From Balanoglossus misakiensis (lineage: Eukaryota; Animalia; Hemichordata): DNA of 64,000 nt. Both the position numbers and the translations under genes were made by a program. The notes beneath the pieces were generated by a model. It was not told where the DNA came from. It ran no database searches and was given only the letters and a program-made list of their open reading frames with translations. Shown in pieces: positions 12,815-26,700 of this stretch (its first letter is position 1; every line of letters starts with the position of its first letter). Location of the stretch: contig CM082578.2 in assembly GCA_040954595.2 (NCBI GenBank), positions 17,183,703 to 17,247,702 of the forward strand. The letters run 5' to 3'.

Positions 12815-15800
12815 CTACATTGTTTTCTCAGGGTAATTGGCATCGACAGACGGCTGTCCATACGGAGGAGGATAAGCTGGATCCAGTTGCCCAGGATAAG
12901 ACGTGGATGGGTTGTTTGGCCCTGGGTAGGTTGCCATCGGTTGGCCCGGGTATGCTTGCTGATTGTAGGGTTGCACTGGAAAAAAAATGACAATTGAAGG
13001 ATTATGACCATTTAGTGGTACAAATGTGCTTTCATTTGACAATTATACGTTTCCAGTGAAGTGAGGTTATGATTTGTTCATACCATGCATGGTGATGTCT
13101 AAGGCTTGCCAGCGAAATGAACGTCAACACATAGTATCATTTAATTATCATGTTTCTGTTCAGCTTTGCCCAGTGTAACAAGTGTTTTCGATTTGAACGT
13201 AGCTGAGAGTATTTTGTCATGTCTAAAGAAGCCGCAAAAAATTTCAAATTAATGATCATTCGGTGTAATTATATAGAGAGATAGAAAGGGGAGAACCCAC
13301 CTGTATTGGCAGCTGTACCGGATGACACCACGGTTACACCAGCAGCAGGGGCTCCACCCTGAATCGTGGTCACCCGGGTGCTAGGCTTCTTGTAGTAACA
13401 AGCGTAGTAAACGATGCAACACGGTACGGTTGTAACCAAAAGGATAACGATGACAATGACCAACCTGTTAACACAATCACCCAAACGGACCTATTGGTAA
13501 TTTTCATGTCTCCGTATATCTTCGCATCTTGTGATTGGTTCATTAATGGCGTTTGATGCGCTTCATACCCGGTTTCCATCTCGGGAACAAAAATGCTTCG
13601 AACTTGTACTCATTCATTCGACCGCATTAGACTTACAGTGCATAATCATCATGGGACGTCAAACAAATTCTCAGACAATAACACTCTCCATCGCATGTCG
13701 TCTGACCTATACGGGTCTACCGTACCGGCCTACAGAGTTGTATCATATGAAAGTCGCAAACTTCACTGTCTGCATAGTTGTGAATGTATGGATCCACTCA
13801 CACCAGCCCACAGACACTGCAGTTACAGCAGTGACTGTAGGAAGACAGCTATACCTACCAGATATACCATCCTAGGGTCGCTGCTGCGTAATAATGTGAT
13901 GATAATGATGTACAGCAAGAGCTGGTTCCACAGCAATATTCATCGCTGTCACAACTGAAATCAAAGTTAGAGGGCATAAGACAAATGTTACAAATGTCGG
14001 TGAGTCATGAATGTTCCAGTCGCTAATTTCTTGACCAAACTAACTACATACTTATATCAAAGTCCTCAGTACCATGACTATTTTCCTTCTTACTGTGTGG
14101 TTTTGTAGGAATTTCTACGAATGACTGATTGTCTCCCATGATACATTTATACTCCGTTTAATTACAAATATTTCCCCTAGGATTTCCCCCAAAGGCCTTC
14201 CATATACATGTATACTTACTAATAGTATGAGGTGTAGTAATAACCATACAGAGAGTTCTGGTAAGAACAGGTAATTGCCGTGACCTGAAATGACACATTA
14301 CGAATGTTCATTAGGTGTGCAATTTAAGGTATACTAGTCCCAGCTTCTTGAGCTTGAAAAGTAGTTGAGTAAAAAGTCATTCGATTAATTTTGTTCAGCA
14401 AATATCCTCTTTATGTACGGGCGATTTTTTTTTACTTTTGTGCCACTGAACCAACTATCCAACGTGTTTGATATTTTTTTCTGGTGAACAAATTACTCAA
14501 GACTGGCCGCACAAAAGAGAAAATAGCTGAGCAAAACAAGCGTGGATCTGAGTTTCTGTGTCTCAGCTAAAATATAGAAATTGCAGCACGGACAAAAAGT
14601 TCGGATGCACGTCACGTGGCATGTCACTGTTTGGCTAACTAATTTAGACCCCGAAAATCTGATTGGTCAATAACTATCCGCACACGTGAAACAGGTAGAT
14701 CACGGCACCCAGTGATTGGTCGATTACTCTCTGCACTCTTGAACAGGTGTGCAGACGCTCCAGACAAAATGTGTTGACCGGGCAGTGACCCTATAATTTC
14801 TAATTAATTTGACCCGCTTGTTCACCGAAAAGTCAACAAATTTAAATATATATTGAAAACGCGCGTACATCGCCAGACAGATTCGCACCTGTTGGTGTAC
14901 ATGTGGGACGGCGAAGAGATCGTTGAGACTGGGTTTTGAAATGCATACCCGACGGTAATCTCTGTTCTGGAATTTTGAATGTCGCCACCAACGGCGGACG
15001 CAATAATGAACTAAAGGCTGAATGTATTCAGGGAATTTTGTTCACCAAATTTTCTCTCGTGTACTGGCGATTTTTATTCTGACGGTCGTGAATCGATACG
15101 GTGTGTCGATGTAAGTTCCGTGTTTGAATCCGTAGAAATACTTCCCGACACCCTAGAAGCTCCCCACGGTTATAAACTTCGGGGTTTTTGAGAAGTTGAC
15201 TTTTTCAGTGAGCCCTACCTTAAAGTTGCTGACTTTATTAATTAAACCCGGGGAATCAGATGTTTTTGTAGCGAGAATACGTCACGAGGAACTGTTGCCA
15301 CGAAATGTTGCGGGATAAACAAAATAAAAATGAAATAAATAAAATACAGTTCTTGGGATACCTGGCTCATGAACGACTAGTGTATATATCCCTCTACTAT
15401 GGTCAATACAATGGTCTGTCATTTAGATTCAATCTACTGGTAATGTCAAACTGTCTATACTTTCTATCTGTCACCTGAAACACAAAATGACCATGGAAAC
15501 AAATGGGGACATATGATCTCCACTTCTGACGTCACGTGGTTACAAATTCACACAAGTAAACAATTTGATACCCCTCCTTGAAGTCGGCGTTCCAGTTTGG
15601 AAGTAATAGGACAAAATGAGTTCTGAGTGAACTTATGACGTTGTGAAATAAGGAACTGTTAACAATGAAATACAGGTCTATGACGTTGGAAAAATCGACA
15701 GTTCTTTTCCGACCTTCTCAGATTTTGATTTTGATTTTGAACCAGCTCTAAGGCACAGTACTAGGACTTACGTTTCCAGAAACGGATGTCAAAAGTTTTT

Positions 15801-16010
15801 TAAATGTTTCTAAACGCCACAATCAACAGATTTATCGATACAACCAGTGGATAACATCTGCGCTACGTCGAAAAAAACAACAACTTTCCGAGCAGGTGTT
15901 TAAAAAAAACGTTCAAAGGTGGACTTTTTAAGACTTACCTTTTCCACTACAAATACCAAAGACACGAAGAAGAGGAACGGGGCCGCCTTAAATAACTTCA
16001 GGGTTTTCAT
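12815..16010 (-). CDS. VOPP1/WBP1 (Shisa-like) family single-pass membrane protein, paralog A (~185 aa)
   Basis: Exons 16010-15939, 14284-14220, 13954-13859, 13464-13301, 12975-12815 (558 nt). Signal peptide MKTLKLFKAAPFLFFVSLVFVVEKVTA, ectodomain TCSY..YCDSDEYCCGTSSCC..GWYIW, TM LVIVIVILLVTTVPCCIVYYAC, Pro/Tyr/Gln-rich tail with PPPY. Confidence 0.9.
14323..15224. mobile_element. Candidate ~900-bp non-autonomous DNA transposon in intron 1 of paralog A
   Basis: Inverted ends TTTAAGGTA (14323) and TACCTTAAA (15216) with TTAA at both termini, as in TTAA-targeting Kolobok/piggyBac-type elements. CpG-rich interior with an imperfect internal repeat (TGATTGGTC..AACAGGT at ~14660 and ~14713). The terminal match is only 9 bp. 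Confidence 0.35.
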
Positions 16011-17708
16011 ATTTGTGTGAAAAAAAAAACAACAGCTTGGAAGTTCGACGCAGGTTATTCCGACTGTTTCCCGTCGCAGCACTTGAAATCGAAGTATAAA
16101 ATGTCAAGAAATTGACGTCGTGCCAGGAGAAAGTAAAGCGGTTTTGTAAAGACGTAGTTACGGCTAATCATTTCGTGAAACGTCATTGTCACGTGATTAG
16201 TAGACGACGTTCCCGTCTGGCACTTTGGCTTTTTTCCAACCTTTATGCTCAGGGAATGTTATTTTGAACTGATGCGGAACTCTTATTTCAAATTTATTTC
16301 AGAGAAAAACGAAAATTTGTCTTCTACGACGTGTATTCCTGTGTCGGCGAAATTGAGTCTGCTTCCTAATCTGTGTCTTTGGCCAACCACTGTCCCACTA
16401 TTGGACGCCCAAATTTTTGTCGGTGCACTGTTTGTGTGCCGTTGAATTGCTTGTATGTCAAGATCAAGATGTGATATATCTGTTCAAGGACAATGACCGA
16501 ATGAAGCTGAAATCTCACACTTTTAGAAAAGAAAAAGGTGTCATGTTTATTGTAAAACCAATGATGTCAACATAAAGAAACACAAAATACTCAAATCAAG
16601 TTTGAAAATGAATCAATGCATGTACTTTTCTATGAAGATCACAGCTCCTACAAAGTTGGTTTGATGAAAAAACACTCATGCACACAGTTTAAATGTGAAA
16701 CTTAAAAATGCATTCATGTTGTAACTGGCTTTTGTATTTAAAGCAAATGATGTGCATTAAAATGTATTTAAACCCACAGCAGATCATGATTGGCTAAACT
16801 TTTCTCTAGGTGGTCTCCACTAGGCAAACAGGATGCAAAATTTGGCCAGAGAAAATTTTGAACTCTTGCCATGTTTCAAATAAAATAAAATAAAATGCAT
16901 GTATGCAAATCATATCCATACATGTACATGTATACTGAAACTCAACTCGGGCATTTCAACATACGTTTATACCTAATATAAATTGCCACAACTTTTAACA
17001 CAGTTACATGATGTAAGTGGCTTCTTCAAGCATTCACTGACTGCAAGCTTCATAATACTGATAATGAATTTTAGTATTTATATCCTATTCATGCATTTTA
17101 TACTGCCATCATGCCTGGCATTTTGAGGAAACACATTTAAATCATGCTTCACTCCCATCGGCAGTTTTAAACTTTCAATATTATTTAATGTCTTCCACCA
17201 TAATGGTAATGGAATATGTACTGTATATATAGGTTATCCTAATTTTCATAGAAAAACTTGACTTCAGTATAATATAAAAACAAAACACATAAATCATCAT
17301 TTTCCTTCTAAGCAGAGATGCAGAAGTACATCAGATGCATTTACTAACATCTTGGACTTTTTACAATAACCAATAATGATGATTATAGAAAGGGTTATAG
17401 AGGAGCTTCCAAGTTTTGAAATAAAATGTGTCATTTTCTTTAAAAAAAAATAGTCGGTACATCATAAGGAAAAAATATGACGTTTGAATATATGCTCACA
17501 TAAATGTACTTCCTTGTAAGTATTATACATTGCAGTCTTTAGATGAGTTCTATCCCTTCAAACAGTGCACTTGAGTCCAGTCTCACTGGAGGAAGACATA
17601 ATAAAAAAAACATGTGCTATAAGACGTGTGGAGCTGTGATACTGTCAGCCTGTCTGTCGGTCTGGTCCTTGCAAACATGGCAGACCCATCGAACACAAGA
17701 TGATGTCA

Positions 17709-20700
17709 TCAGCTTGGAGACAGTGTTCCATACTTCTTGATCATCTCCATCCACCTGTCAACAACAAATAACACAAACGACTGAGTTGATACATCTAGAT
17801 ATTCTTATGTCAGGGGTTAAAAACCCTTTTCATATACACAACAGGTCCCTGGGGGTAAGTAGTAACAATAAAATCACTGGCCCGAATCTTGCTTGTTTCG
17901 ACTTGCTCTGTTGTAGAAGTGAACGGGGAGAAACAATAGCTAGACTGTCTGTGGTTATTTTGTGCGCATTGGTGTTACTTACTGACTGCCACTTTGCCAT
18001 TTTTGATCTGCCCTTATGAAAATCAACTGCTACATCAACCATCAAACTGCACGGTCTGCTACATACATGTAAACTACAATGTCAGGCCTGTCACAGCTAA
18101 ACATGATGCCAATAAATTCCAAAGATCATTATCCAAGCAACGAATTACTGTGGATCTCTGATGGACACGGAATGTTTCCAATACTTACTCATCCTTAGTC
18201 TCTTCCTTATCAGCTGCCAAGTAATATATATTTTTCTTGTAGGTGACTTTGAAAGCATGTGGTCTCTCTATCCCATCATCATCTGTCACAGTTTGTGCTT
18301 TGAAGCAACTCAGTGGTAACGATAAGAATGGATTGATATCCTGTATCAACAGACACAAATACACACTTCTTAAGTCAGGAGATTGTGACAATCTTTGCAA
18401 CTTTTGGACTTATGGCATAAAACTTTGCACTATACATTCATGTCATGAAATTCACAGCATTCTGACAACAATTCAATGTGGAAGTTTGGTTTCATTTTGT
18501 TCTGGTTATTTTAAACTTTGACCTTTGACACCAATTCAGGTCATATGCTCTGTACCTGGTGAGCCTTGTAGAAATGCAAAGCCAAGCTGGAAATCACAAT
18601 CCACCTCTTCACCCAGACTTTCTTGCCGACATAATGTTTGTCTGATGTGCATTGGTGTAGATGGCCTGAAAAATCAATCACTTCCTCTTCTTCCTCTTCT
18701 TTTACCTTTTCCATCTCCTTCTTGTCTTTATCTGTAGCAGTGGTCTCTTCTCCATCAACTTTGTCATCCTTCAAGAACACACATACATCAATTGGTTTAC
18801 AGTTTCTATGATGGAGTCATTTAAGGAGTGCAAGAAAGGGAATCAGCACAACAATCAGAGTCTACTTCAATGATAGCCAATGATTTATAGACTCGATCAA
18901 AGGACTCAAAATCAAACGATAGTTTGATCAAATTGCCGTTACCAGGATCTGATTTCAAATTCCGAAAAAATGTGGCCTAATGTAAATTAGAGGTGTTTGT
19001 ATTCTTTTAAGTGGGACTGATCGCTTTTGAGCAGACAAGCCATCTCTCCCTGTCACTACGGGGTTTTTTTTTTCAGTAAGTTAGTTCCTCCATGCCTGTG
19101 ACTTGTTGCATGACTAACTTGCCTGAGGGCAGTTTGGTTGCACAGCCAGTCAACTGGAAATAACGAGGTTGACCTGAGGGGCTCTAATACAAGAAGAAAT
19201 GCAGTAATTGTTTATTTGTTGTATAATAGATACATACTTGAAGGTCACTCTTGTCTACACTGTCATCTTCAGACTTCTGCCGCTTGAAACCTAGGAGCTT
19301 GTAACACTCGACACAAACTCTGTGTAGCCCCTTCTGGTCATCGTACTCCAACTTGACACGGTAAGTTGAACATTTGTCACAAACAACCTGAGAAGTCAAA
19401 AAGGCAAAGTGATTATCAGTGGTTGACTTCTGAAGGCAGTTCAAATGGTGTTTTTTCTAATCTCTTTTCCTGTATTTTGCAGGGAGTGAAAATAGTCATA
19501 GCTGATGTCATTTACTGCATCAGTCAATTGCAAGCCTATAGTCTTGTCTACTCACCAGACCACAAGCTCTGCAATGATGACGTCTTCTCTTAAAAGAATG
19601 AAATTCAGCAGCACATCTCATACACTGGGTCGTACAGTCGTCTCGCACCCATTTTGGTGCTCTCTTCCCTAGTGAGTTCACATTTTCCTGAAATTTATAC
19701 AAAAAAATTGTGATGTGATGAAATTGAACAGATTTCAACATGCAGTATTGAATGCAGATACATTAGACGACTGACGACGTCTATAACCAATCAACACACA
19801 GCTTTATTTCTCACCTCTGTCTCACGAAAGTTTTTCTTCTTTCTGTTATACTCTTTGATAGTTTCTTGAATTGCCTGCAAAGATGTTCAATAATACATCA
19901 CAGAAAGAAATAATGATTTGACAACATTCTCCTGTTAAATGGGAGAATGTGGATTGATGTGAAATGTAATCAGTTCATTATTTGACTGGGGATTTTTGAC
20001 CTTCATAATCCACATCAACTGCAACTGACAGGGAGTGGATGAATTCCATGCCATTACTTGCTCAACATGTCGCCAACTTACCTCAACCCATTCTGTTCTT
20101 TGCTCTTCAGAAGTGGCCTGGAACTCCATCACCTTCTGTTTACTACTGACATGGAAAGAACAAGTGCTTGACTCCGTATTGACATTGGCTACCTGTGTGT
20201 AGAAACATTGAGTTATATTGTTTGGAAGGCGGTACTCAGAAAAACTCCCCCAGAAATCAGAGCACAAGAGCAATTTCACAAGGAGTGCCAGACGACATAC
20301 AGCTAAACAAATAAGAGAGTCACTTGACACAAGTGTCCATGTGAGCAAACATTTCTTTCTTTCGATCAATGATTGATGATTTTGTTGTTTTTTTATCCCA
20401 TACCTGCATGCCTTTGACGTCAAGCTTTGCCCTCACTCTGTATTTTCCTGTAGTAGTGACTAATTTCTTGTGAATACTACAACACAGCAATATATCATTA
20501 AACTGAAAGGCAAAAAAGACAACATGTCACAACGTATTGAATTGTGTGTACATATTCTAGCAATAACTGTCAAGAAAACTATTTCAAAAAAATCCTCGCA
20601 TATTTTTTTCAAATGATGTTTTTTTTTAGATTAATTTTTGACTTCTAGTTCCTTCTGCTATTTGCATTCGTGATTTGACACAAATTTTTGTATTTGTCAG

Positions 20701-23700
20701 ATACTCACCAGGAAGAGATACCTATCCTGTGCCTCGCCCCTTCTTGCTGATCTCTTGATGATCTTACCCTCCTTCAGTAATTCCCTTCCAGGAACAATGA
20801 TTTCTTTGGAACCTTCAATTGTTGACTGCAACTCAAGCAAATTTTTGAACTTTTCCTGAAATAAATAAAATGCTTTCTGTCAAGACGTAAACTATGCCAA
20901 TAGAACAGAGCAGGTACTGAAGACTGTTAGATTGTCAAAAATTTATGCTGCATGTACATAGTCAAATCTTATTTTCATATCACAAGATCACAGTCTCCAC
21001 ATTTGGTGGATACGAGACCTTCCACATGTAAGGTCAATTCAAGAGTTTCTCCAAACAACACAATGTCACTCACAATTTTCTTCATGGCTTCCATAGAGCT
21101 TTGAGCAGCAGTAGAAATCAGACCCAGTGCAGCTGTATGAGGAAAACATAAATAGAGAATGAATGTATGCAGATATCTGCATGGGCAAGTTGAATCTGAC
21201 ACTGTCAGACACAAACAGGACATTCACACTTCCTCAGGATGCGTGGATTGAAGGCCATCACCGCATCACTTACATAATCACACCTTTCCCTTTCAAATTA
21301 CGGCAGCTTCTATCTTATTTTTATTGGTTATAAGTTTGGGAGCTCGCCCCTAAAAAAAGATGAACTCCAAAATTCACATGGACAGCTGTACAAGCAAAAC
21401 CAGTGCATGTATGATCAGAGAAATGTGTGTATCCCTCTACATAATGCTACATATCAAGAAACCTCTTCAGTCTTTGGTGTGCAGAGAATTCTGAAACAGT
21501 CACTGTTTGAGATTTTGTTCCTCAGAAGGTCTATTGAAATCATAGCTGAAAATGGCCACTGCAGGTTTGTCTTCAACTATAGTGTACATTTTCCCTTACT
21601 CTGTGTGTCTGCTCTGTCTTCAGCACCTTCCGGTAGACACTTCAGATACTCTGAAAATATTCAATGTTGAAATCAATGAATTGAAATACATTCCAGAAGT
21701 CAAAAATGTATCAAAGAGGATCTAATTTCACTGTACTGGTGATAAGAAAGTCAGAAGTTGTGATTTCTTGATCATGAAAATTACCTTTTAGTAGCAGTTC
21801 ATATCTTGGTATTCTCTGTACTGGTTCCAGCATATGGTGTGGTAGAGACAGATTACCACAAGCTTTGTCTGTCTGTTGGTACAAAAAATTTTTTTTAATG
21901 AATTATTGGTAATTGTACGCTGATGAGACAGCATGTAGCGCCCTCTAGCGTTGATTGATACAAATTTCAGTATGAGATGGCGACCGACAAATCTTCAACT
22001 CGTAGTACAGCCTGATTACCTGTATAGCTCGCACTAAATCAGCAAAATCTGGCTGTTTCACCATCCACGAGTTCAGCAGTTCCATCGCATGGTCGAAATT
22101 TTTGACATATTCCGAGTACATTCTAAAGAATGGTGCAAAATCCTTCATCAGGTCACCTATCTTGGGGTTACTCTCCCTGTGAAAAAAAGACAATCAGAAT
22201 AGAAATAATCAGGAACTCACTGGTAACATCTTCGAAATGACAACTTTGCATTTTTGCATAAATGAATCTATCTCAGTATTATCTGCTTAGATATTTGTGA
22301 ATTTATTGATGGTCAAGGCATGAGTAATTGTAATTGCCAAGGCATATTTATTACATATAGTCACTACTTCCTTCCTGACTCTGTTCAACAGCTACAAGGT
22401 TATATGGTCATATATGATTTTATTACAGAAACAGTAGGCTATTAGGGCAGACTCTAAATTTTGATATGCACATGTAAGTACCATTAATATGAAATTTTAA
22501 ATGGATTGCCATTCTGAAGTACTGGTAGTTGTATTTCTGTGTTCTACATCTGGAGGACAAGAAAACCCAGACTCTGGTATCTTACACTTACCAATTGGCC
22601 AGTCGCTGCTCCAGCTTTGGCAACAGGAAATCTCTGTGGAATTGGTAGATGGACTTGACATTGGCAAACATTTCCTGCACCACCTCTGGACTGAACCAGT
22701 TGCGAGCGCGGTTCTCAATATCCAAGCGGAAATGAAACACCTGGAAATGAAAAAACAAAACAGTGTTGAGGGTGGACAACTCAAAATGTACATTTGCAAG
22801 TATCGGTAATCCACTGCTATGAGAAACAAATAGAGCAGACCAACAGACAGGCAGGTATGGGAAAATAAATGCACTACAGTTATCTGTAGGCTACGTTGGA
22901 ACTTTGATTGACGATCTTACCTGGTCAACTAAAAAGAGTCTGTTCACATATTTCTTCTCTGTTATCAACAGTTCATAGGCAACTTTCCGAGCTTCATCAT
23001 CAAATTCCATCTCCTGTTCATCCACTTCCAAGGGTAACTGCAAATGACATCATACTCCGATTTTCAATGAGAAAACAAAAGTTGTTGTTTGTGGATGTCA
23101 AGACAAAATGACATCCACACTATGCTGGTGTGTGAATAGCTTCAGAAAAGCAAAGATATGTCATGCAGATCTCCTGAACATAACTTCTTTGAAGGAAGAA
23201 GATAGATTAATTTAGACAACCTACATGATTGCATGCATGAAATCTTGAATGTACATCGTTCTGTTTCTATAGTATTAAAATGCAACTTACCACAATGTCC
23301 TGTATCTTAAAGCGAGGTTCTGCAATCTGTGGCTTATCATCTTCTGAGCTGCTGTTGAAATCGTCTGGATCAGCGATTGGCTCATCATCGCTTGAGTCCT
23401 CGCTAGCATCGCCCTCTCCTGCATTCCCTATTTCCTCATAAACTGGCTTCTCTTTGTCTGTGTTACCTGAATCAGTCGGTTTATCTCCATCTTTGCTTTC
23501 CTTGCCTCTAGCCTTCACTTCCTCGTAGATCACCTCCTCTTTCTTTGCCACGCTTTCCGCCTTTGGTTCGGTTTCAGATTTCTCTTCCGAGGCATCTGGA
23601 TCTGGAACATCTTCATAGATCACTGGCTTCTTCTTGGGTGCAGCTTCTGGCGTTGATTCTGTTTCAGATTTCTCTGTGGAGTTTTCCGTCGTCGTGGGAA

Positions 23701-26700
23701 CAGGAGGTGGCGGTACTTTAGGCTTTGGTGGAGGGGATGTCGGCCTCGGGGGAGGAACAGCCTTGGGTTTTGGTGCCGACACAGCAGACTTAGTGGCAGG
23801 GGGTGTTGGTCTTGGAGGCCGTAGCCCTTTAATATTTGCAAATTTCCCTGCCTTTTCAGGCTCTGAGTCTTTTGCTGTGTCCTTTTTATCATCGGTTGTA
23901 CTTTCATCTGTATTTTCCTTGATATCTTCTTCTTTTTTCCTGTAATGAACAAATAATTGTATAGTTAACAGTTTGAGGCTACTTATGCAAATTATGCTGA
24001 ATCAGATGGTGTATTATAGTGATGCGATATCCACATCTTTGTCAGATATAATTCCAGTTATTATACCTATCAGTGTGGTTTCATCTGCAATAAAAGAAGT
24101 AAAAGGCAGAAAGTGGTTACTGGAGAACTACAGTATTAATGTGCCATTCAGATGTCTCAGGTCATTAAAGGCACATATTGTTAGCTCATTTGCATGTGCA
24201 GACAGCCATTGCTTCTGAGCGTGTTACAATGTGCACAAACATTACCGTGGATATCTCACGATTGAAAGTAGAATTTCTGTTTTACATGCGTTAATATAGG
24301 ACTGACTTAAAGAAATTTCAAAGTACAAAGTACATGAAACAAATTGAACCAAACATTTTGTTTGTTTCTGGGCATGTTACTCAAGCCAATCATTTGTATT
24401 GCTTTGCCTGACATTGGGTTTGAACCCATAAGTCCAATATCATTAAAGCCAATTTGTAGAAACGTGAAAATGATGACAGTCAACACATGCATGAGAACTT
24501 GGCACAAGATCTAGGATTATGTGCTGTGAAGGTACAAGTGATCATTTGCCATTAGGCTGTGCTTCTTTAAGCCTGGTGAAGAAACAATTCAGACGTTAAT
24601 GTGTATTAAGTTTTAATTATTACACGCTGCACAGTACACTACACTAAAGGCAAAAGTGGTTTCAATTTCCAGGACTTTTCAGGAGCACATTAACCGTGTA
24701 TTACACACTAAAAGATGCTAGAAGAAGAGAGGAGAAAACACACTATTAATACATGTAGATAGATAAGTTAACCAGAAATGTACTTGTACATGTATGTATA
24801 GATTACACAGATGGGAAGAGCACTGGGAGACTATAACACTCTGTGAAGTCAAAATCTGCATCAGAGTTCTACAGAACTCATTCACAAACTTAGTAGTCTC
24901 TCACATTTATGTGTATAGTATTGTAATGTCATTCAGGACATTACAAATACAGTAACACATGCTGGGGGCGAAGTCAAATCACTCCTTTTAGTGTTCAAAA
25001 TCACTTTCGTGATAAAACTATCATCATCTTGACATCACCAAACCCTTTTACATGTACACAGGAAGGGAAGTAGGCACACCAGTTTACAAAACATGTACAA
25101 TGTAGGAAATGTTTGCCACACACACACACACACAAATGTGATGTCAATGATACATGTAGGTTGTACATCAACTAATTCTAACCTGAAGAATATCCGGGCA
25201 AATAACCACCTGGAAAGAAAGAAATGGTAAAGACATACAAGACATTTGATTATTGTCCGACACGTTCAACATTAGCTTTTCTTACAATTCATGTATAACA
25301 GACATTTTGAAAAAGAATAACTGATGAATACAAATGTATCAAATCAAACAGTTACACTTTTGCTTTTTCAGTGGGAATTTTTCCTTGTGGTTTTACTCAT
25401 CAGACGACAATAGACAACTAGTATCCAGATGACATCCCTAAAGAGGCAATGACCTGAAATTTCCAGACAGCTTGGAAGATTCAGTTGCAATATAAAAGTC
25501 CATAGTATATGGACTTTACCCTACTATTGTTAGTTCACTCAAAACCAGAAGCTGGATACATTTTTGAATATGATGCTAGTAGTATTAGATGACAGGTTCA
25601 TGGGAAATAACACATTTTCTGAGAATCTTCTTCTTAGAAGCAACTTAGCTTTACAAGTCAGCTAATCACAATGTTTAGGCCATGTCTGACAAATTTGTAA
25701 AACAAGCAGTCATGAGCAGACTTTAGTTGAGAGACACACGATCAGAAATGAAATAAAATTAATCATTACCAAAGCATCTAACAAAGAGATATCACGTGTG
25801 ATGACAGCAAACAGAGAAACACATGTGATATGATTGAACTGGTACTGTCCACATTTCAAAACAGCTTCCTCAAAAATCATTGGCAAACAGTACAGCTGAT
25901 ATCATGTGATGAACAGTTATCAAAATAATCACAGTGAACACTTCTGCTAGCTGAAGATTTGAACACACACACCAATCTTATTCCTGAGTAGTTAAACTAC
26001 GAATAAGAAAATGTTATGCTTACTGTTTACTGGAGTCCATATCAGGCCCAGATTCAGAGTCAGATTTTCCTCTCAGTCTAGAGAAAATGTTTCCTTTCTG
26101 TTTCACATTGTCCTTTGTCTTTGCTGCGCTGTTTTTGTCTTTCTCGTCGATTTCATCCGCCTTCGGTGATGAGCCCTGTTTGCCTTTCTTTCCTGAACTC
26201 TTCTTCTTCCCCTTACTGTCCGTTTGACTCTCATCCCCGAGGTCTGGGATCTGACACCACAGATCATTCTTTGGTTTCTTCTTCCATCTCTTGGATCTTT
26301 GCGCAGGGGGTGAGGTTGTCAGAAGAAGTGGTTTCTTGGGTACTGTGGAGAATTTGAAAAAGCAGGAAATGTTGGCTTGTGATGAAAGTTGGCTATTAAG
26401 GTGGTTTGTACCTCAAAATTAAACTTACCTATCACATAAAATAATACCGTCACTGATAAATTCACCTGGTTGTGGATATTAGTACACTGAAAAAAGAAGT
26501 TGACGATCATAAAAAATTGACACTGACTGAACGGCACTAGGACGCAAAGTAAAACATCTAACTTACCAGTCGGTTTTCCCTTGTTACCAGCAAACAGCCC
26601 TGATGCATTTTTCATTTGCAGCGAAGCAGACAGCAGGTTTGGGTCTGAGACAGATTTTCTTTTGTCCAGTTTTCCCTCTTCTTCATCTTCTGACCAGTCA

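Noticed and set aside
15400-15474. Acceptor-like site (tttcag|GTGACA) resembling a duplicate exon 2 of paralog A
   Set aside because: No cysteine, no suitable donor, and the frame runs into a stop.
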